From assembly GCF_009914755.1 (NCBI RefSeq), contig NC_060947.1: DNA of 64,000 nucleotides; one strand, 5' to 3'. The stretch's first letter is position 1, and each line of letters starts with the position of its first letter. The notes beneath the pieces were generated by a model, which saw only the letters and a list, made by a program, of their open reading frames with translations, did no database searches and was not told the origin of the DNA. Positions 57,111 to 64,000 of the stretch are shown in pieces. Made by a program: the position numbers and the translations under genes. This DNA is from the human T2T-CHM13v2.0 reference genome, Homo sapiens.

Positions 57111-57859
57111 TTTTTTTTGACATTATCATGGATTCCCTTTACTGGACCCAATCACTCTTCCAGCCTGGTTGTGGGCTTCTTTATTCTGCTCTTAATGCAA
57201 CATAGCACCTTATTCCATGCAACCTATGTTTCATCCCTCAGCATATTTCACATTTTCTTTGAGGCCTAGAAATAGTCTATTCCCTTTCCTGTAATGTACT
57301 TCCTGCTCTTATGTACTTAGTACACTCCTAGTTAGAGCATCTCTTCCTTAATAAATCTTTCCATCTCTCCTTTCATAAGATTTAGTAGGTCCCTTCTTTT
57401 TGCCTTTATTGCTACTTTTTCATTTATGTAGTGCCTAATATAGAATAGGCATGATGGTAAAAGCTAGTGATCCCAAGATAAGCTAAGTAGACTTCTTGAA
57501 AAGAGTTCATGATTCAGTGATAAAAAACAGATGGTATAACATATGATTGAATATAATGAAATAATGTCTCACTAAAGGAATAGGCAGAAACTATGGGAAT
57601 ATCAAAGAGAAATAAAGTCAGCCTAGCAAGAACAAAAAAGCTCTCTTGGAAGTGAAAATCTCTATGACTGCATGAATCACTTTGTATTATGTTTATGTAT
57701 GTGGGGAGGGCACACATACATGCACACACAATGCACATGCTTACCTAAGAATAAAGGACACCATAGTCTATCAACATTGTACTGAAACTGACACATAGCA
57801 ATAGACATTGGGTTCCCCATGATGATGCTGAGGCAAAATGGGAAGATTCCAGAAAAGAT

Positions 57860-58096
57860 GATTCTATACACAGACTACGTGGGCTCAAATCTTGATTCGT
57901 CACTTAGTAGCTATATAACCTTTAGCCGAACACATAACCTTACCAAGCTTAGTTTTTAACTTCTGTTAAAAGAAAAGAAAAGCAAAATGCTATTACCTTT
58001 CTCATTTGGTTGTTGTGAGGGTTAAGTTGCTTAATATATGGAAACCTCCTAGCACAATGCCAGACATAATAAATACCCAATAAATCTTAGCTATTC
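57860..58096 (+). mobile_element. MIR
   Basis: gggctcaaatcttgattcgtcacttagtagct..ggttgttgtgagggttaag..caataaatcttagctatt. Confidence 0.85.
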
Positions 58097-59306
58097 TTGT
58101 TGTTTTTGTTGATGATGTTACAGTTACTATCGGTACAGGCAGCTACTCAGAGTTTTATATCATCGTGTTCAAAATTTGAATTAGTTTTTACCTAGCATGC
58201 ACTCTGAGCTCAGCCAGAATATGGAATGTATTTGTCTCGATATGTTTTAGCTCATTGGACATGGAATCTGGCAAGAGAATCACAGTATCAGAATTAGGCA
58301 AAACCACATAGATTAATTGATCAAGCCTTTTAGATTCAGTAAAGCAATGTTATCCAAAATCGTTTGAAGCCCTTAGCATAATTACAAGTTTGAATATTAT
58401 TTAATATGTATAGTATCAGCCCTACATCAACATGCTTAATCTGCTTGCTTCAAACTTAACTGAAAAATATATAGACAGAAAGTGAAGAATAAAAAGAAGA
58501 TGATGAGAGGAGATGGAAAGAAAAAAATAGAGGTGGCAAGATGGAGGAATGAGGTGAGAGAAAGGGAGGGATGGAAGAAGCTCAAAAGAAAGGAGAAAAA
58601 GAAAACTCCAAGAGGACAAAAATACTCAACATGACAAATGTGGTACAAACCAGTTTCCTTGAAATGGATATATTTTAGGCAGGGATTATATTTAAAATAG
58701 TTAACAACCCTAAGGTGCAGGAACTGACTGGTCAGATGGGCATTCTGTATACTCCCCAGTATGACTCTACCAGCTAACCAGGAGTTTTTATCTTAGGCCA
58801 CACTCTAACTCAGATACATGTCTCACTGTGTAAATAGCCACAGTGAGAGCAATGCTCACTTTCTTAGAGAGTTAATTTTACTCAGTTTTTGAAATGGTGG
58901 ATGAATCCATTACATGGCATTTAATGGAATTAAATGCCAAATTTATAATTATATCTAGCATAAAACTTGGGACTTCAAAAAGATACTGAGTTCACTTGTC
59001 CACTTAAGGCTATATGCCCAGTCTTTCTGGAGGATATGTTCTTTCTTCACAATTTAGGGAGAGGTTTGAGAAATATTTTAAGATGTCTGTGAAAGGAATT
59101 TATTAACCCCATAATGCTTGGATCTAACAAGGAAGAGTAGAAGCATTCATTCTCTCCTTCGTGCCTGTGTGATTGGTTGTATCCCATATCTCATTGAAAA
59201 ACTTATATAAACCTTAATTCTTGGATGGGGGAGGTCTTGGCATGCTAGAAAAGAAAGTCACCACATGAGAAAAATGTGCTAGGAGAAAGGAGCACATAGA
59301 GGAATT

Positions 59307-59757
59307 TGTCATAGATTGGATTCTGTATAAAGCAGATACTGAGACAGAGATTAGTATGCAAGATGTCTAATAAGGAATGTCTTTGGGATTAACACCAGTG
59401 GAAGGGAAGAGAAAGAAGCTGAATTGGGTAGAGGGAAAAGTTGGTCTGTGAGTCTCAACAAAGGCTTCAGCCAATGCCATGAGGAGTTCTGAAGCTGGGA
59501 TGATCCTTTAGAATGTTCTGAGTTTGGGCAAGGGTTCTGGGCTTTTGTACTGCTGCAGTAATTATTAAGGGGATATGGGCTGCCCCAGGAAGATGGGGAT
59601 GTGACTTTAAGAAAGGTGGATCTCTTCAGTTGAGGCAATTCCAGTTGAGGACTGACAATTGAGTGCTACCTTGCCGCCTACACTCTTGTTAGTTGGAGGA
59701 ATAAATCTTTCAGTTCTGAAGGAAGGATCTGAGTGAAGCATCGCAATACTCACTGTA
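59307..59757. mobile_element. LTR16-like ERVL solo LTR
   Basis: aagcagatactgagacagagattagtatgcaagatg..gggattaacacc..gttctgaagctgggatg. Confidence 0.75.
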
Positions 59758-61034
59758 GGACAGTTCTACGCACGTTGGGGCATTACCCAGCTGGGATTTT
59801 CAGCAGTCCACTTTCCAAGGGTTAAATTAAGTGTGGCTTGTATGCAGATGTACTGATTCTGGAGCTCTCAGATCTCTGCAGCCTCAATTGCAGAACTTAT
59901 GGTCAAGAGACTAAATGTTCCTTTCTGTAAAATTCCGCATTCTCCTTCATCCAAGAAATAAGTATTGAGTGTGTAAAATGTGTCAAGCACTGCTCTAGCT
60001 ACTTCTAGACACTTGGGATGCAGCAGTTGAGGAAGGCAAACATGGTTCTTTCCCTTCAGGTGTCTACAGATTTTAAGGGAATAAAATTTGTTCTTGAAAT
60101 AGCTAATCCTAGTAATTTGGTAAATGTCAGCTATTCTTCTCGTGAGCTAAGCAGAAATAAAAACAGAGAGGTAGAAATGGGTCATTCCATGTGTATTTTT
60201 CAAGGATTTGAGAAGCTCCAATTTAAGATGTCATTGAAATGAGCGAAAAGACTGAATGGGTAACAGGCAGATTGGGTCAGTTGATTTGTTTTTCCTTCAT
60301 GCATTTATTATATATATGACTTTGGAAAAATTACTTGATCTTTCTGTCCCTCAGTTTCTCCAATGCGTAGTGCATAGTAGGCATTTCTGCAATGTTAATC
60401 TTCATTTTGTCAAAATCCAAATTCGATAGTTGAAAGAAAATCATGTAAATATCTACTTTCAATCTTTTTATAACTAACATTTCTTTCTCTTTAAGCTGCC
60501 AATGCTGCCGCCACATAATTATTTGGTTTTTATCTCAGACTTGGTGGATTTTACTAAGACCCGAAAGATTTGTTCTCAAATTAGTATCTACATTAGCAGA
60601 CATCTAGGGTGAGAAAGTAAAATCTAGTGTTAGCCTAGTTTCCCACCCTGGATGGGAATGCCCAGTTACCTCAGTAACAAAGCTAAATTGAAGCTTGGGA
60701 GCCTGAGACATGAACTTTAAAATTGAATAATTAAAATTCCATCACTTTCCTGTCAGATATATTAAGAAATGCCGTATATAACTTAAAGAAATCATAATCA
60801 AGCTGTATGCATACACAGGGCTGTTTGATCAATATTTTAGGCTTAATTAACCAGCCAATTTTTGTTTTTCTATATACATGGGTTGTTCTGAGTCACTGGC
60901 TTGGGAGTGCCAGTCAAAAAGTAGTCAAATCACAATCAAGCACTTGCTATTTTCCCCCAAGTATCGACTGGCTGTTTTGGAGACACAGCCTCAAAGGCAT
61001 TTAATACAACTCAAAGGAAAATGAGAAGTGATAG

Positions 61035-61250
61035 CAACTGTCATTTACTGAGTTCTTCTCATGTGCCAGGCTCTTGACATGCATCTTTAATTAGCACTCA
61101 CATCAATCCAGTAAGGAAGGACTTTATTAGTATTTAATGTTAGTAGATGAGAGAAGTGAGACTTAGTGAAATAACTTTCCTGAAGTCCCAACAACTACTG
61201 AGTGACAGACTCAGGATTGGAACCCAGGACTGCTTAACTCATAAACTCAT
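61035..61250 (-). mobile_element. MIR
   Basis: atttactgagttcttctcatgtgccaggc..agatgagagaagtgagacttag..ggattggaacccagg. Confidence 0.8.
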
Positions 61251-61587
61251 GTTTTTCTTCTGTGCCAAGCTGTCTTTCACTTGAACCCATGACACCCCTT
61301 CATACCATATAATTCGTTATTGGTTTATAATATACACACTTGCAGCTGTGGGTGTGTTTTATCTCTCAATATGTTTGTCAGTTGATGGATGCATAAATGG
61401 GGTGAATTAAAGCAACAGCAATCTCCATCACTAACATTTAGTTGCTACCATGTGTCAGTCTAGTTTCTAACCTGAATACATACATTATTTAATCCTCACT
61501 ACAACATTCCTCAGAAGGCACTTCTAGTCTTCCGTTTTACAAATGGAAAACCTAAGGCACAATGAAGCTAAAGAGTACTTGTTTTAA

Positions 61588-61780
61588 GGTAGGGATCAGC
61601 AAGCCTGCCTGTGGCCTGCTTTTGTACCTCCTGGGAGCTGAGAACGGTTTTAGCATAGTTAAAGAACAGAAAAATAACAAAACAAAAACAAAGAATATAT
61701 GACAAAAAAGCTATGTACTCCACAAGACTAAAATATTTACTATTTTTTACTTTGGAGATGTCTTCCATTTCCTGGTATAG
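61588..61780. mobile_element. MER58A-like hAT MITE inside a MIR
   Basis: gggatcagcaag..gagctgagaacggtttta..actaaaatatttactat. Confidence 0.7.
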
Positions 61781-62526
61781 AGTCTAAGCCATGCAGAGAG
61801 TTAGTAATAAAAATAGAAGTATATTTCCTTTGTATCCCAACCGTGGCTGCTATTATAGTGTTTACGGTATAGTTTAATAATAATACTAACAACAACGATA
61901 ATACCAGTAGCAATTATCTATTGAGTATTTACTTTGTGTTAGACATATAAGGATGGACTTCACATAACATATAGTTTCATTTACTAATCAGAATACCCTG
62001 AGGTGTTTTTCATTCATTGTTTGCCTTGTCTAGCTTTCATTTTTTCTTTTATTCTTGCCAAAAGTATCCCTAGTTTGTTCAGATATCTACCACCCCCCAA
62101 CATGGTAGAACATGGGCAGCCCCATTGTTTCCTTAGGAGTTAGTCTTGGTGGACTAAGGCTCAAGGTAGTCTCAGTTTCCTTGCCAATCAATAATTATCA
62201 GGAGTGGAAATGTGACACAATTCTGGCCAGCAAGACAGAAGGAGGTTCTGCTGAGTAGGAGGTCTTCTGGTATAGGTTCACTTATTATTAAAAGAGACAC
62301 TGTTAAGAGATGGTCTCTCTCCTTCCTTTGGATGTTGGCTTCTCTGGATAGGATGCCTTGATATCTGGCAGATGCATTGCTCTCAGTCTGAGAGATGCAA
62401 AGCCAACATAGAGAAGAGGACAGATAATTTCAAAGAAATAAAGCTAATCACTGGCATATCTTACTTGGAGGCTGCCCTACTTCAGGATTTCTTTCGGTTA
62501 AGCCAGGTTGAAAGTCAGGGCTTTCT

Positions 62527-62929
62527 CCAAACTCATCAAATTTTATACATTAAATATGTGTGGGTTTTTTTTTTTTTTTGTATATCAGTTATACTTTAAT
62601 AAAACTTTTTTTTTTTTTTTTTTTTTTGAGACAGAGTCTCACTCTCTCGCCCAGGCCAGAGTGCAGTGGCGCTCTCGGCTCACTGCAACCTCCGCCTCCC
62701 GGGTTCAAGCGATTCTTCTGCCTCAGCCTCCTGACTAGCTGGGATTACAGGCGGGCACCACCACGCCTGGCTAATTTTTGTATTTTTTAGTAGAGACAGA
62801 GTTTCACCACGTTGGTCAGGCTGGTCTCAAACTCCTGACCTCGTGATCCCCCCCTCTTGGCCTCCCAAAGTGCTGGGATTACAGGTGTGAATCACCACGC
62901 CTGGCCGATAAAACTTTCTTTAAAAAAAA
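62527..62929 (+). mobile_element. ~100-bp L1MB-like 3' terminus containing an Alu
   Basis: ccaaactcatcaaattttatacattaaatatgtg..ttatactttaataaa; TSD aaagtcaggg[c/t]tttct at 62511-62526 / 62930-62945. Confidence 0.8.
62606..62906 (-). mobile_element. AluS (Sg-like)
   Basis: Full dimer with ctcctgacctcgtgatcc; TSD ataaaacttt. Confidence 0.95.
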
Positions 62930-64000
62930 AAAGTCAGGGTTTTCTGACACAATTGATCTCTGTAGTTAATATTATCCCTCACTTTAGAGTTGGTTAAATT
63001 GAGCACAGCTTAATCTGGAAGAGCTGGAATGTGAATCCAAATGTTTTCTACCCTAAAGCCTGTAATTTTGTTTTCCAATTATATGTTCTGGCTTAATAAT
63101 AATATATGATAATTTTGACGTACAAAATGATAAATTCTATACAGTTGAGTGATAGGAAAATTTATGATGTTTGTACCTACCCAGTTGTCATTTAGATATT
63201 ATAATACATTTCTCTGCTAGGCAAGTATGAGATTACAAAACACTCATGGTGTTTCATATACAAACACATCACTGAAGAGGATACCAGATTGTGTGTATTC
63301 CATGAATACATATGAATAATTCAAAAGGATTTAAAGATCAATCTGTCCTCAGACTGTGACAGAACTCCCATTAATGAGCAGTGGCTCACAGGGCTGGGTT
63401 GGCTCAATGTAGTTAACCCCATCCTTTTGCAACTGAGGGCTGATTGATTCGTATTCTCAAGTTGAATATCATGTGATTCTATTTCACCATTAGAATGATG
63501 TTGCCCTATACAGAAAGAAAATGACATTGCAAAGATTCTCAAATTGTGTGTCTTTTGGAAGCATTATCTGATATAATGCTGAAATCATAATTGAGAATTC
63601 CATTTTTAAATATTCTGTCTTATAAACCTAAAAACATCAATAATACTCAAGATTTATGATTGCCAACAAAAAGTGGAGAATACACATAAATTTAAGTATA
63701 TGTAACTTAAATTGTTTAAGTTCCTATATCATATCTATTTGATTTGAAAATCATAACTAAACATTCTTGTTGCAATTTGTATCATATATTCTTTTCATAC
63801 ACACAAATACATATGCATATATAACTATATAAACACTTTCCTTGTTTTTTCCTAAGCCGTTCATATTTGGAAACCTAAAAGTCAAATATATGACATGTAA
63901 AAGAGCATTCCAATATTTATTCATTATTCCAATCTAGATATTTAAAAAAACAGAGATTTGCTGGATTTTAAAACTTTTTTTTAATAATGAGTTTTGTCAG

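Larger units (their letters stand above)
62010..62960. mobile_element. MLT1-type MaLR LTR interrupted by an L1 tail and an Alu
   Basis: tgacacaattctggccagcaagaca..gctgccctacttcagga..ttaagccag..gtcagggctttct. Confidence 0.65.

Noticed and set aside
63975-64000. Acceptor-like ttttgtcag at the window end
   Set aside because: The downstream sequence is not visible, so it cannot be evaluated.

Overview
AT-rich primate (almost certainly human or great ape) non-coding DNA, mostly transposon-derived. I recognise no protein-coding host gene, rRNA, tRNA or CRISPR array, and nearly all listed ORFs are L1/Alu remnants or chance frames. Main content: a full-length but inactivated L1PA4-like element (25315-31404, minus) with 15-bp TSDs and a 31-bp 3' transduction; a near-full-length L1PA16-like element carrying a nested L1MA 3' end and an ERV1 LTR; two twin-primed (5'-inverted) L1PA insertions; seven Alus; MaLR, ERVL and ERV1 LTRs; L2 and MIR relics; a hAT-Charlie transposase relic; and microsatellites. 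The best functional candidate is a CpG-rich truncated LTR12 (about 20335-20769) with GC boxes, a CCAAT box and minus-strand splice donors. Also notable are an extended open ORF0, a perfect 63-bp tandem duplication and a 3x15-bp E-box repeat. The sequence alone does not demonstrate a new biological system. Subfamily names come from recalled consensus sequences and need RepeatMasker/Dfam confirmation.
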